From the human T2T-CHM13v2.0 reference genome, Homo sapiens: a stretch of 64,000 nt of DNA. The notes under the pieces are model-generated. The model had not been told where the DNA came from. It made no database searches and saw nothing but the letters and a program-made list of their open reading frames with translations. The position numbers were made by a program, and so were the translations under genes. This document shows, piece by piece, positions 27,863 to 42,000 of the stretch; the stretch's first letter is position 1, and each line of letters begins with the position of its first letter. The DNA is taken from assembly GCF_009914755.1 (NCBI RefSeq), contig NC_060937.1. One strand, 5' to 3'.

Positions 27863-29062
27863 TATCTGCATTATCTGAAAGTTTTGTGGCTGAAAAGCCA
27901 CTACTTTTCTCTTACAGCATTTACAGATCCCACGCCAATGAGCATGTCTGTGTACCACTTCTATAAATGGCACATTAGTCTGGCTAGCAGAGGCCAACAT
28001 TTATTGTTAGTTTTTGGAAAATTCATCTAAAATAACTGGACAATTATATAAAAGCTTATCCATAAAACAAAGTAAATCTTATTATCAGCACCATGCTCAG
28101 AAATTACCAACTTTCATTTTAATGACCTCCAGATGCATTGCACAATAGCAGTTCCTCATTTCAGGAAAATAGAAGTAGAATAACTATGCACGGGGGAGTT
28201 AACTAGAGAAGTATTCAATTCTTCAAAAATGCAATTTTACTTCAAGCATAGGCAGTCAGGGATGAGTTGTGAGTTTAGAACTCACCTAATGTTTTTTATT
28301 TGAATGGAGGGAAAGTTCAAATGAAGAAAATTCGACGTATTCTTTTCTCTGCCAAGAGTTGGGATTTTAACACACATATTATGTTGCTCGTTTAGAAAAC
28401 ATACACAATGGTATTCAGTTTAGTTTTAAACTGTGAATCAGAAATAAAAAATAACAACAGATGGAGAAAATAAAATTGAATTCCTAGTATATTGCAAACA
28501 AGCTTAAATACTGTGTTCAGCTCCCATGTGGTGTGCTATTTGGTCTGAAGGGCTGAATGTGACAAATGTTACCAGTGACTCACAGTCCATGTCTACCTGT
28601 AGCCACAAAATCCAATGTTTTGTGATCAGCTTTTTTGCTTTTTTAAAAAATGTTAATTGCTATCTACATATTCTAACAAACTTTGAGGTTGTTTCAAATC
28701 ATAATAAGAATGTATTGAACAAAATGTAGCCATCACCTGAGTTGTTTTATTTTGTGTTGTTCAAAGACAGCCCATTCTATTGATCACCAAATGTGGTGGA
28801 GGGTCATTTTTGTAAGGCCTGAGATATCTATCAGTGTATGACATTTCAAATGTTTTCTACACCAGAGAATACACACATGCACACACACACAGACACAATT
28901 CTACATCTTTTGCCATTTCTATGCCTGTTGTATCCTGAAGTGATATTTTCATGAAAGATTCTACTGAGACCTGTGTCATGGCACTTTCATTATTGCTTTC
29001 AAGCATGCTCCCTACACAGACTTTCATTAACCTATACTCTGTTGCAAAATTTTTTATCATAG

Positions 29063-30050
29063 TGATTCAGGATTTTTCTTATTCCCTTCATCAAACTTAT
29101 GACAGGGGTAACCCATTTACTCAACCCGCTGCACTCAACCCCTTTCAGGAGGGAGAACGTGAATGAGCAAGTGCTGGATTCGCCAGACGTTCCAAGCACG
29201 GACACAGGAGCAAGCTTCTTGAGGTGCCTGTGGCGACACCCAGGTGGGGTTGCCTATGACAACCCCAGAGGAGGTGCTACAGCGATCTCTTAGTTCCACC
29301 GTCTGTAGATGGTGGTGTGTTAGCAGCTCAGTTGGCACCTTGTGGTGGCACCTGGGTGAGGATGCCTGTGACCCCATGCCCCAGAAAGGGCCCTTTAGTT
29401 ATGTTGTCCATAGTCTGATGTCGGTGGCATGTTAGCCACTCAGTTGGCCCCTTCCCTTGTTTCCTGGCCTGGCTGCCCTCTGCCTGCAAGTTCAAGGGCC
29501 AATATGACAGCCTTTTCTGGGTACCCGCCCTCAGTGAGTCCCAAGCTCTTGTCTGGTGTCCAAGAAGAGAACCTCATGACCATGAGGTCACATGGATGCT
29601 TAAAGAGTGGTGAAAGAGGAGAATTTTGTGAAAGGATGAAAACAGCTCTCAGCAGAGAGGGAAGCTGGAGAGGGGATGGGAAGGACAGATTATCTTCCTT
29701 TAAGTCTGAGGTCTTATAGGCACAGGATGGGTAATAGGCACAGAATGGGGCATGCATGCTGATTGGTTTGTAAGTATGCAAAAAAGGTTAAAGCAAAGAC
29801 ACCTACTCAAAGGTGGGTATGACAGTGTAGAAAACCAATTAGGAAAAGGTAGGCATATGTAAAACAGGTGAAGGGTGGGGATCAATTAGAGGAACGTGCA
29901 CCAAACAGGAAGACAAGTTCCCAATCCAGTCAGAGCATTTCATGTGTAGTTTTGCTTTCAGGCTTTAAACTGTCTTTGGTTTGTAGGTGGGGTTTCACTG
30001 GGTACCCACTCCTATCTGCCTAGGTATTTGGCTGCCTCCAACTGCTCTCA
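29063..30050 (-). mobile_element. ERV1 solo LTR (LTR27/LTR28/MER52 group)
   Basis: TG...CA termini, exact 4-bp TSD ATAG (29059-29062 and 30051-30054); minus-strand start TGAGAGCAGTTGGAGGCAGCCAAATACCTAGGCAGATAGG. Confidence 0.82.
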
Positions 30051-31261
30051 ATAGTATAAGATGCATACAGAACAGTACACAAATCAAAATCTGAAGCTCA
30101 ACAAACTTCACAAGTAGAAGATATTCCTTTGACCAGTATGTATATAAAGGAGAATATGCAGCCCAATGGATGCCCTGTACTCCTTCCTTTTAGTCACAAC
30201 CAAAGTGCCAATGTCATGAATCCTAACCTCAAATATTACTTTTGAAATTTTAAAATTTTATTTAAATAAAATTATACATATGTGTCCTCTGGTATATCTG
30301 GTTTATTACGTTCATTCCTCTGCTTTTGGAATTTATTCACATTGTAGCATAAGTTTCCGTTTTGATTTTTATTTTCTAGAGTGTTACCATCATATTATGG
30401 ATCAAGATCCTTGTTCTCCTCTTCAAATTCCTTCAATATATCATCCTGTATTAGTTATCTTTTATTATCTTCAATTTTAACCAATTTTTTACATTTACTT
30501 TGTGTGATTTACCATTCTTGGCATTGTGAGAATAAAATTTTTGCTAAAAATATGTCTATGTCTTAAGGAATTTAACATTTAATGGAGGGTACCATTTATA
30601 ACAAACTCAAATGTCATACACAATTACAGAAGCTCTAAATAGAGGTAAAAGAAATATATTACAAATGTGATTTAGTAAGACAGTCTTATTTTGCCTAAGA
30701 AGATCACAGAAAAGTTCATTCAAAAATTTACCTTCACTTTTGAGAAGGATTTAGGTAGCTAATGAAACAGTATAGGGCACCGCTGGCTGAGGGCAGCACA
30801 TGAACAATGTCTTGTAATACAAAACTGAAAAGGATTTGTCAGAAATGATTATGATGAGCTGCACTAGCTGATTCTGCTGGCAAGATAACTTGAGACATAT
30901 TTCTGAGGGACTTGTTCCTCATGCTAGGAGTGGTTCAGTTCCTCTCCCCATTTCCTTCTCTCCTTTTGCAAACTTTAGCCTGTCCTGTTTGTCCCGTAAT
31001 TACTCACTGTTGAATTTACATCTTGGCTGTCCTTGGATTTTTCCCTATTCTTTTGCTTCCAGTATTTCCATTATTGAAATGAGACCTGATCACACTATCA
31101 AAACAAATCAAAACAGATCTAAATGTAAAACAATATGAATATTTTTCTAAATTATTCAGACTTCTCGTTCTCTTGACAATCTCTTCACTTAATCCCAAAT
31201 TTACTACATAAAATGTCCTATAACAAATTTTATATCTCTATTATATATTTATTTTTGCATG

Positions 31262-31617
31262 TGATATGGTTTGGCTGTGTCTCCACCAAAATCTCAACTT
31301 GAATTGTATCTCCCAGAATTCCCATGTGTTGTGGGAGGGACCCGGTGGGGGGGTAATTGAATCATGGGAGTTGGTCTTTCTTGTGCTATTCTCATGATAG
31401 TGGATAAGTCTCATGAGATCTGATAGGTTTATCAGGGGTTTATGCCTTTGCTTCTTCCTAATTTTTCTTTTGCTGCTGCCATGTAAGAAGTGCCTTTCCC
31501 CTCCTGCCATGAATCTGAGGCCTCCCCAGCCATGTAGAACTCTAAGTCCAATTAAACCTCTTTTTCTTCCCAGTCTCTGATATGTCTTTATCAGCAGCAT
31601 GAAAACGGACTAATACA
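31262..31617 (-). mobile_element. THE1 (A/B-like) solo LTR
   Basis: TGATATGGTTTGGCTGTGTC...GGACTAATACA, 356 bp, TSD GCATG/GTATG. Strand depends on library convention. Confidence 0.92.
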
Positions 31618-31999
31618 GTATGTTTTGAATCATATGTCACTAGATGCTCAGTACATGTTTGGAAAATGTTGATAATAAGATTGCAATTAAAAGCCTAAAT
31701 TATTAGCTAGTATCTCATCTCATACATTTTGCAATATTCCACATCTATGATCTATCCCATTAATTTTTACTGTTATGGCTTAAAAGACCATCATTACTAG
31801 TATTGAGTGTTTTTTAACATAGAAACTAATTTTTAATTATAGCAATTGTTGCCTCCTGCTAAGCATGCAATTATTAACAGCACATACATTGGATCCCATG
31901 GTCAGCATGATGACAGAGCTGCTCAAAATAAGTGAAAGTTCTATATGGTTACAGTAATTTCCTCAATACTGACATTAGTACTAATATTTTTGAAGTTAC

Positions 32000-32162
32000 C
32001 CTCCTGGTGTGTCTTGGAAACGTTTTTGTCTTTCTGTGTGTCTGGTTCATGGTTTGCTGTCTTTAGATTTCCATAAGGTAATTGTTGAGCCGTCTTAGTC
32101 CCATCCATTCTCATCACCTAATCAGTCCAGTGCAGCAAAGCAACAAAGCACAAGGCTTGAAC
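32000..32162 (-). other. Candidate exon of a minus-strand transcript
   Basis: Strong acceptor TTCCTTCTTTTCTTTTACAG; weaker donor GAGG|GTAACT. Confidence 0.4.
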
Positions 32163-35100
32163 CTGTAAAAGAAAAGAAGGAATGATGGAAAACTTGTTAA
32201 AATCAAGTCAGATGGCAAATTTTGGTGGAAAAAAATGGATCGAATTAATTCTTCATGGATATTAGAAATGCCTGATATAAGGGCTACCAAATCTGAAAAG
32301 AATTTCTTGTAGGGAAAGAAAATATATATTCTGCCTGAAATTAATTAAAATATCAATTATAATACTAATAGTAAAATACTTTATAAATGCATATGATTTT
32401 TTACTTGAAATGACAAATAGATGCCTGTAAAAAGTTTTGGATATTTGTGTATGCATGAGTTAGTAGGACAAATATTTGATCAAATTAAAATACTAATCTA
32501 GTGAAACTCAACTGACTCTTTTCCCTAAATTGATTGACAAAAATAATGGATTGGTGATTTATTCAACAACACACATTTATTTAGCATCTGTTATATATTA
32601 AAAACTAAGCTGTTAACAAATGATACAGTTTGGAATGAGATGCTGCTCCTGCCCTTCATTGGATTATACTCCGTTGAAGGGCAGGAGTAAAAACAAGATG
32701 AACTTCTCAGACTTCTTTTCCTATAAAATTAGGAAATAATGCACAGCAGGAGCAGAGTGAAAATATTGGTTAAAATAAAAACCATACTACACATTCCTTT
32801 GTTTTCTTGTAATGACCCTAGAATGCTCTGTGGGGACCCTTGTAATTCCTAGGAAAATAAGAAGTTTTATCAGTACCACTGTAAGCTTGTGGATGCAAAG
32901 CAAACAATTATAATCAATTTGGATGAGTTATTCTCATAACCATATTAAGCTATCACTTGATCTGGAACTGTACCAACTTTGCCCAGAAAATTTCTGAATC
33001 ATTAAAACAATAGATCTAACTCAACTAATGTTATATAGACAGACTGTTTTTGGGCTAGTTTTTAAAGATTTTTATTGTTTGGAAGAAGGCCTAAAGTCAC
33101 AAATTAAAAAGGTTGATGTAAATCTATTTTTGTTTTTTTTCTCATGATTTTTTTTTTCTGGTGTGCTAGAGCTGTATTTTTATCTTAATATTATTTACAA
33201 GGTTTTGTATCTCTGATTCTCATTCGGGAGAAAATTAGCACCCCATAGCACTAATCCATTTATAAATTATAATCTAAATGACAAAGAAATGATTTCTACA
33301 TCAGCTATTCCCTAACTGTGTTTCACATGAGAAACCCTAAGTCCTCTTAAGTGAAGATAAATCTTGGTTCTGAGATGTTTTCTAAATGTCTCTAAGGGGA
33401 CTTTGAAATATTTATATTTTTGAAGCGCCAAATACTGTGTAATGAGTTTAATATTTCTATAGGTTTTCAGATTCAGTTTACAGAGTAAAATGTAATTTAA
33501 AACAAGATTATTTTGGATGTCAAGTTACACTGTGCTGATCAAAAGTTGTTGTATATACTATGATTTTAAAAAAATATTTGTATTTGAAACTCCTGTGAAT
33601 GATTGAATGATACTTTCAAAATCCCTAGAGGGCTTATGTTAATGATCGGGTCTGGACTGATAACAGTAATAATGAATAAGAATCTGTGGGAAAATTCTAA
33701 TCAACAGGAGCTTTTAAACTTATTGCAAAAATTTCTCTTCTTTGGGGAGTAGGAAATCTGTCCAAGAAAATCAAAAGAGGGATCCAAGTCAAAATCTAAT
33801 GACAGCTCTTTAAAACTGGGTTAGTTCTTTACAATAATAATAATGAAAAGGATAAGAGAGATAAAGAGACACTTCACAAAAGAAGATGCATAAATAATAA
33901 ATAAAGTTGTAATGAGGGAACCAGAAATATAACTTATTGTGATTCTCTTTTATTCATTTCCTCCTTTGAGACTTTCCTTTTCCTAGTGAGTCAGAGACAG
34001 ATTGTTTCCAAGATTATTACACTGGAAATGGAAAGAGCAAAAAAGTCAATGTTGTTCATTAGTATTTTTTTGTTTTTACATCCAAAATGGATCTGAGGCT
34101 AGCAGGGTACAAAGTTACTGCTATCTATTAAACTGGAAAGAGAATAATGAAAGACAAAATACCCAACTCCAAAAAATAAGAGTCACAGGTGCTGGGGGGC
34201 AGAGGAATGTGAGCATAGTTTTCGAGAGGGTCTGATAGTGGGAAGAAAATAGGAGAAGATGACCTAACCAAGTAAAGGCAGATTTTAAAAAGGTATGCTT
34301 TTATCCATCAAGAAGGCAAATGTTTGTTAGCTAAAACTCAGTGTATCCAAAGGCACAATAAACAGACATTTTATTAAGCAGCAACTAGGAGCATATGTCA
34401 CGTCAAATTCTTTGGAGGTCATTTGACAATTTGTATCAAGGACTATGCAAATGGCCATATCTTTAACAAAGGTTAAGAATTTATTCTGAGGAACTTAGTA
34501 GGGGATGTGCATTAAAGCATGAGAGGACTCAAACTTCATAGAAAAATGGAATTAAAAGATAAAGAAAAAATTACACTTTATTTTTCAACATAAACTCCGG
34601 GGAGTTCAAGGCACTTTAATAAGTGAGAATACCAGCCATTTTGTCCATCCTTAAAAAACTGAGGGTCCTGGGAATTTAACCATCTTAATGTTGTCTTTTT
34701 GACATTAAAGATGGGTGCTGAAGAAAAATGGGTGCTCTTTATTTTTTAAGATTAGGAAATAAAAAGAAGTCAGACAGAGCCAAATCGGGGCTGTAAAATG
34801 GATGCCTAATGATTTCCCACTGAAACTCTTGAAAAATTATGATTTTTTGATGAGATGAATGAACGTTGCTGTGGTGGGAAGGACTCTCTGGTGAAGCTTT
34901 CCTGGGCATTTTTCTGCTAAGGCTTTGGTTAACTTTCTCAAAATATTCTTATAATAAGCAGATGTTATCATTCTTTGGCCTTCCAGAAAGTCAACAAGCA
35001 AAATAGCTTGAACATCCCCAAAAATCTGTTATCATGAACTTTGCTCTTGACTGATTCCTTTTTGCTTTGACTGGGCCACTTTCACCTCTTGACAGCCATT

Positions 35101-35223
35101 GCATTTGTTTTTGTCTTCAGGACTTTACTGGTAAAGCCGTGTTTCATCTCCTGTTTTCTTCAAATAAATGCTTTAGGATTTTGATCCCACTTGTTTAAAA
35201 TCTCCATTGAAAGCTCTGCTCTT

Positions 35224-35769
35224 GGCCAGGCACAGTGGCTCACGCCTGTAATCCCAGCACTTTAGGAGGCCAAGGCAGGTGGATCAGGATCACCTGAGGT
35301 CAGGAGTTCAAGACAAGCCTGGCCAAGATGGTGAAACCCTGTATCTACTAAAAATACAAAAATTAGCCGGGTGTGGTGGCAGGTGCCTGTAATCCCAGCT
35401 ACTCGGGAGGCTGAGGCAGAGAATTGCTTGAACCCAGGAGGTGGAAGTTGCAGTGAGCCAAGATCGCACCACTGCACTCCAGCCTGGACAACAGAGTGAA
35501 ACGCCATCAAAAAAAAAAAAAAGAAAGAAAGAAAAAGAAAGAAAGAAAGAGAGAGAGAGAGAAAGGAAGGAAGGAAGGAAGGAAGGAAGGAAGGAAGGAA
35601 GGAAGGAAGGAAGGAAGGAAAGAAAGAAAAGAAAGAAAGAAAGAGAAGGAAGGAAGGAAGAAAGAAGGAAAGAAGGAAAGAAAGAAAAGAAAGAAAGAGA
35701 AAGAAAGCAAGCAAGAAAGACAGGAAGGAAGGAGAGAAGGAAAGAAAGAAAAAGAAAGAGAGAGAGAGA
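35224..35769 (+). mobile_element. AluSx with expanded purine tail, inserted in HSMAR2
   Basis: TSD GAAAGCTCTGCT at 35209 and 35770; tail of A, GAAA, GA and GGAA units. Confidence 0.95.
35565..35620 (+). repeat. (GGAA)14 microsatellite
   Basis: 56 bp of perfect GGAA counted directly. Confidence 0.95.
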
Positions 35770-36489
35770 GAAAGCTCTGCTTCTGTTTTCAGTTAATCTG
35801 GGCACAATGGTTTTGGCACTCATCCAGTGGAAACATTTCTCAACTTTAATTTTTCAGCCAGAATTGTCCAAGCTGAACCAGTTGAGATATCTATGGTGTT
35901 GGAATATTGTTTCTGCTGTGAATCCGCTGGTTCTTTCCAATTAGCACACAAATAAGATTAGTTTTTTCCTCACAAATTAATGTGGATGGTCTGTCGCTTC
36001 CAGCTTTATTTTCAATGTCTTGTCCCTTCTTAAAATGAGTTATTCATGTGTAAACTGCTGATTTCTTTGGGGCATTGTCCCTATAAACTTTTGGTAAACC
36101 ATTAATGATTTTACCATTCTTCCACCCTAGATTATTCATAAATTTGATGTTTGTTCTTTTTTCAATTTTAGCAGAAAAATAATGTTGCTCTGATAGGGCC
36201 TTTTTCAAACTGATATCTTATCCTTCTTAGTGCCTCAACCTAGATTCTATTCAGAGGTTACAAAAAGCTACTACTATGAGTTTATTTTGGTGTAAAATAT
36301 TTTTGAAATTTATACATAGTTTTTTCATAATATTCATTTTTCATGAATTTTTGAAGACCTTTTTTATTACCAACCTACCATTAAGGCATTATTTATAATA
36401 TTACAGAATTTAAAACTGCCTAAATGTAAACAATAGGATATTTTAAAATAGTGTTATATCCATAGAACAGAAAAATTTGCAAGTAAATT

Positions 36490-36730
36490 ATATTATATTC
36501 GTAAGAATATATGTTCATATTTCATATGTATTCATATATGTTGAAATATATATTTCATGTATTCATATATAAGATATATAATATATATGAAATATATATC
36601 TTTGAAATATATATGAATATACAAAAACATATATATGAAATATATATATTTGAAATATGTGTGAATATATAAAAACATATGAAATATATATTTCATATAT
36701 GGAATATATTCATATTTTAAAATATATTCA
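36490..36730. repeat. AT-rich low-complexity repeat (ATATATGAA-like)
   Basis: Seen directly. Confidence 0.85.
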
Positions 36731-38106
36731 TGTTTTTAGTAAATTTTGTTCTATGTTGCATAATAGACTAGAATTGTGTCTTCTTTAAGGGGGAGTATGT
36801 TTTAGGCTACCATGAGCATCATTATGCTTCTGTGGATCAGTTGATTGCTGGCTGAGGTTTCAGAGAATTTTGCAACATTACACACACAGGTCAACTGTGA
36901 TGTGTCTTCACATAGCCTGCTCAGAACGTTCCTATGATAACTCTATAGCATTTCTCCAATTCCAGCACATATTCCTGGTTTCCCAGTGCTTGATCCAACT
37001 ACTCAATAATCATCTCCTCTGATATTTCAATTTTATTTCTTTATTGGCCAAATTATGAAATAGAATGGTTGTCTTTTAGAATACACCTTGAGTTAAGGTA
37101 ATATCAAGTGCAACAGAATCTCCCTTTGGGGAAATTTCATAACATCTAAGAACAGAGTTAAAAGAAAAGAATGAGATGACTGACTCAGTGGAGTTGACAT
37201 CTGTTTTTTTTTTTCATATACAGGTTTTCAGACACTAAAAACAGTACACTTCTACCTGTGTTATGCTGCCTACATCTAAATATTCAGTTATATCCTCAAA
37301 TAACCTTTTTTATCCCAATGCTTACTCTACTGAGAAAAGTATCTAAAGCATTAGAAAATGATTACTACGACACTATCAGATGAAAGAAGATCTAATCTAG
37401 AAATGATAGACTCACTATAAATTTTTCAGAACTAATTGTTAGAGCATAGAGTTTAGAACTTACATGTCAGGCAAATACAATGATTTCACCTCCTCTTCAA
37501 ACAAAAATGCCAACATTTTTTTGACTAGTAGACGACACCAATTAAAGGTAAAAAAAACAATTTAGTGAAAATGCATTGCATAATGATTAGAGTTTATTGA
37601 TAAAATATTCATTTAAGAAAGATATAGTGAAATCAAAACGTCTGTGAAAATTTCTTTTTTGAGAAGTACCACTTCTTCAGTGATAACTTTCTTAAAAGAC
37701 GAAAACTTAAATGCACCAGCTTTCCTCTTATTATTTTAGTAAGCAAGGTAAAAACAAACAGATGTGAATAATAATGGCAGCTGGTTGATTCATTATGATG
37801 TAATTAAGGGCTTATTAAGAGATGGTAGAAGCTGCTGCTCTGCCAAGATTCAGGACATTGTTTTGTCTTTAAGAGAAGTCAATTAAATGTTGTTGCTGTA
37901 TCAATTAGGGTACTTTTAGTTAAAATGTTAAAAAAATACACAATGTATTTTAAACAATAAAGAAAATTGTTGTATCATATAACTGAAAAGTTCTTCTACA
38001 CAACATGTTTCTAAATTAAAATTCTACGCAAAAGATAAAAGCATCTATTTCAACAATAGCTCGAGTTAGAAATTGAATTGCAGTAGCCCTGATATCTCTG
38101 ACTTAG

Positions 38107-38341
38107 GCTCCCCAGTAATAGATTTTGGAACACATTGATTGGCTCATGTTATTTTGGGATTGCTCTAGGAGGAGGAGTGGGGTCTTTCCCAATGAGTCCA
38201 AGAAATTAAGGATCCATCCAATTCAAGAAGAGTCGACAAATCTAGTGGTTACTCCATTTGCCACTCAAAGTCATTTTGGATTTTCAAAATGGACCAGCAT
38301 TTCTGATTGCCTATTTCTTAAAACTTTCTCCATACCAAAAG
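38107..38341 (+). pseudogene. Candidate decayed coding exon
   Basis: 72 open codons (38125-38340) ending AAAG|GTAAAA in phase 1; acceptor CTCTGACTTAG. Confidence 0.3.
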
Positions 38342-38751
38342 GTAAAATTTTAAATCCAGATTAAGCTTCACTATGAAAATGTTTCCCATACTTTTTGGTA
38401 GGATTGTGTGTGTTTTAAAGAGAACCTTGAAAGTCAGAGAGTGGCCGTAATCTAAGCCTTAGACCCTACGGGGTATCAGGTAAGGTCATGACAGAAGCTG
38501 AAGTGATGTCTCAGGGTCAACTTTAGCTCTATAGAGCATCTGACTTAAGTTCTACAGGATAAGATATTTGAAAAATTACAATATTCATAGTCAAAACACC
38601 TGATTTCTAGTCAAAGTTATAAAATCCTATAGGTTATGTGACATTCTCTCTGTGATGCAGAAACTTTATCTATCAAGTAAGTAGTTCCAAGATATTTCCG
38701 TCAACATCAAGTGCAACTATTTTATAATGTGCTTTATAAACTGTCAGGTTG

Positions 38752-39056
<305 letters not shown>

Positions 39057-42000
39057 CTACATATAAAAATAATGACATTACTATGTACAAAGATTAAGAA
39101 TTATTGGCATTATTATATCCTATCAGCTAACAAAATCACTTTATAAGATGAAAATTGCATAAAGTTGTTTAATCATTACTTTGAGATTTTAAGGTGTGTT
39201 TAGGCCCTGTTTCTGAACAGATCTTGACAAATATGTCAATAAAAAAAAAGAAGCAGCCAGTGAAAGTGGTGCTGATTCCAATCAAGCACTTAAAAAACTG
39301 TTCTCTTAACTTTATTACTTTTTCCTACTTCCTTTCTCATGCTCCATCTGCGAGTTACTAATCCAAGAACTGTCTCCCTTGAGTATATTTTTTCCCACAA
39401 AGATAGTTGCTGGAACTGAAAGGATGTTAAAAGAAAGATTAGTGCCTAGTAGAGGATCTCCTCCTGAAACAAAAAGTGGACCCAATGGAACAATCAAAAG
39501 AAAGAAAGAATAACTTGGAGATTTGAAACAAAGCAGGTTTCAGGCAGTATGCTCAGGAAGAGAGGACTCAGAAAACTCCAACAACCTCATAAGAATTTTC
39601 ATTTAGCAAACACAAGCTTATTTCTGAAAGCCTCTGTCCTTTCCATGACATTTCAGGTTGGTTTCTAATTGCGTGAAGTTTCCTAGAATAACCATTCTTT
39701 TGAAAGAAGAACATCCTGGCCAACACAAACTTTGATCCATTTGTTAGACAGAATTGTTATTATAAAATATTTAATTGACTATATGATGAATAGCAGAAGC
39801 TGGATTAACCAGTTAATGATTATAAATTTGGTGTCATGGACCTGTTTTTTCAGAGCTTGTAGGCTAAAATTTTTGTGATAAGCCCATACAGTTATTAACA
39901 AGTTTGATATACAGAAAGGCTAAAAACAGTCTCAGCTTTGTCTTTCTTGACACAATGCTTTTGCTGATGCTGTCCCAGTATTACCTTCTTAATAGACTTC
40001 TCCATGATTATTTTCAAATGATGACCCATTGTTTTTTAAAAAAGTGATATAATATTTTAGAACGTGCTGAATTATGTACTATTTCTACTGGTTTTTTTTC
40101 CTAAGTGTCTACATTTGCTAACCAGATTCTCTGTTTCTGGTTTCTGTGAAGATAGCTACCGGCACAAAGCCAACATGCAGCAAAGGTTTTTCATGTATTT
40201 ATTAAACATCTGTTATGTGCTAGGCTCAGCACTAGGTGCTGATACATGGTTTTGAGTATGATATATTAATTATGTGTAATTGATATAAACATTTATACAC
40301 AGAAATACACATATTCTATTACTTCTAGAATGCATTTAAAATGAAAGATAATTGGAGAGGAAAGTAAAGATTTCAGAGGTTATTCTATGCTAAATTAATT
40401 TTTTTCTTTTTCAGTTAATAACCATCTTTTCTCTAGAGTCTATTTTTAAACATTTTTAGGTCCAACAATTTGCTGTATAATTTAAACTGCATATGCACAT
40501 TGTGAAGATCTTGTTTCATCTGTCTTTTAGATAGTGCCTGCAATTTTAGTTCTCAATAAATATTATTGTAGCAATAAAGTGTGAAGCGATTATAAAAATT
40601 GGCAATGTCTAAGACTTCTCTTCATTTCTAAAGCTTAGCAGCATCTCTGATAAAGTGCAATTTTTCATTGTAAAAATTTCACTATTTTCATTACATTCCA
40701 ATAAACTAGAACATATTATGCTAGGTCACATTAAAAATCTAGTGTCCATTTAGACTTGGCTTGAAGCAGGAAGGAAAGTAGCACATGAAAACATATGAAA
40801 TAAAAGAAATTGTTATTTCTTGCCTCTAGTTCTACTCTACAAATTTATTATTTTCTCAACTCACCTATTAATTTGACTCTTATGAAAGAATACTTAGATA
40901 TAACTCTCCATTTTCTGACTTTTAAAAAAATGAAAGCATTAAAGCTAAATTTCAAAAACTACGTATTATAGGAGATTCAAGTAAATAGCAGGAATTGAAC
41001 TAAAATCAAAAGCCCCAGCTTTATGAAGAGAGTCAAAAATTATGTAAAATGATCAGTGATAATTTGCTAGTAACTTCCCAGACTGGACTAGCAGCAAGCT
41101 TTGTCCCCCAAATTGTAAAATTCCATAAATTTTTGGATTAGTCATAATTGCATTATAGTCAATAGAATCCCAGAGATCCAAAGAAAATGATATTTCATAA
41201 AATAAATTGTGGTTATGGCCATCAGTTTAATTTGGTTTCTTTTGTAAATGCTTTGCCATTACCACAGTAAAATTCTGGATTCCAGCACTGCCTCTTACTT
41301 ACCCTAGGAAACATTACCATTTAAAAACACTATTCCAAATTGCAAGAAAGACTGGTTACTGATTCTGCATGGAGTTTTGAAAAGGAAATATTAATTTTTT
41401 ATATAAATCAATTTTTTAAAAACCGGGTTCCCTAAATTGTGCCTTGAGGTCTAAGGATTTCCTAAAATGAATAAGATTCTGAATTAATATTATATTTTTT
41501 CATCATTCTCAATGTATATTAGCATGTTAGAGGTTTTGAAAATGTTGCAGCAATAATAAATATTTAAGTTTCCTAAACTTACCTGTGCAGGAAATCCTTT
41601 TCACTATTAACACCAAATAACCCAAAGACTAAGCATTTGGAAACAGTTATCTAAACCTATCAATCAATTTACATTTCCTAGTTTCTAATTTAAGTATGCT
41701 ACATAGTTTTAAAATAATTATTTATTGAGCATTATTGTAAAATGTGCTGGACCATTTTGTAATAAAAAATTGAATGCCCTGCATTCATCTACTTAGTTTT
41801 AAAATATTTATTGAATGGTCACTGTGAATAATCACTGTGAACAAGGAAAAAGGAGTTCTTACCCAGTGAATAACTGAAAAGATGTTGCTCAAAGAGGTGA
41901 CAATACAGAACAGAAAATTATGCAAATATTTACCATGTAGTATAATAATTGATAAAGTAACTATGTTTTGATGGATTTTTTTTCTAAAATACTGTCATTT

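Larger units (their letters stand above)
34520..36364 (-). mobile_element. HSMAR2 mariner transposon, near full length (~1.28 kb excluding the Alu), transposase decayed
   Basis: Degenerate TIRs at both ends (GAGAGGACTCAAACTTCATAGAAAA and TTTTCATGAATTTTTGAAGACC); minus-strand remnant AGTGGCCCAGTCAAAGCAAAA (SGPVKAK). Confidence 0.85.

Noticed and set aside
29099-29885. Cluster of short ORFs in GC-richer DNA
   Set aside because: All lie inside the ERV1 solo LTR bounded by the ATAG TSD; no gag/pol/env motifs.
35262-35944. Five overlapping ORFs of 67-171 aa (K/E/R-rich or F/L/S-rich)
   Set aside because: Artefacts of the stop-free purine microsatellite plus Alu sequence.
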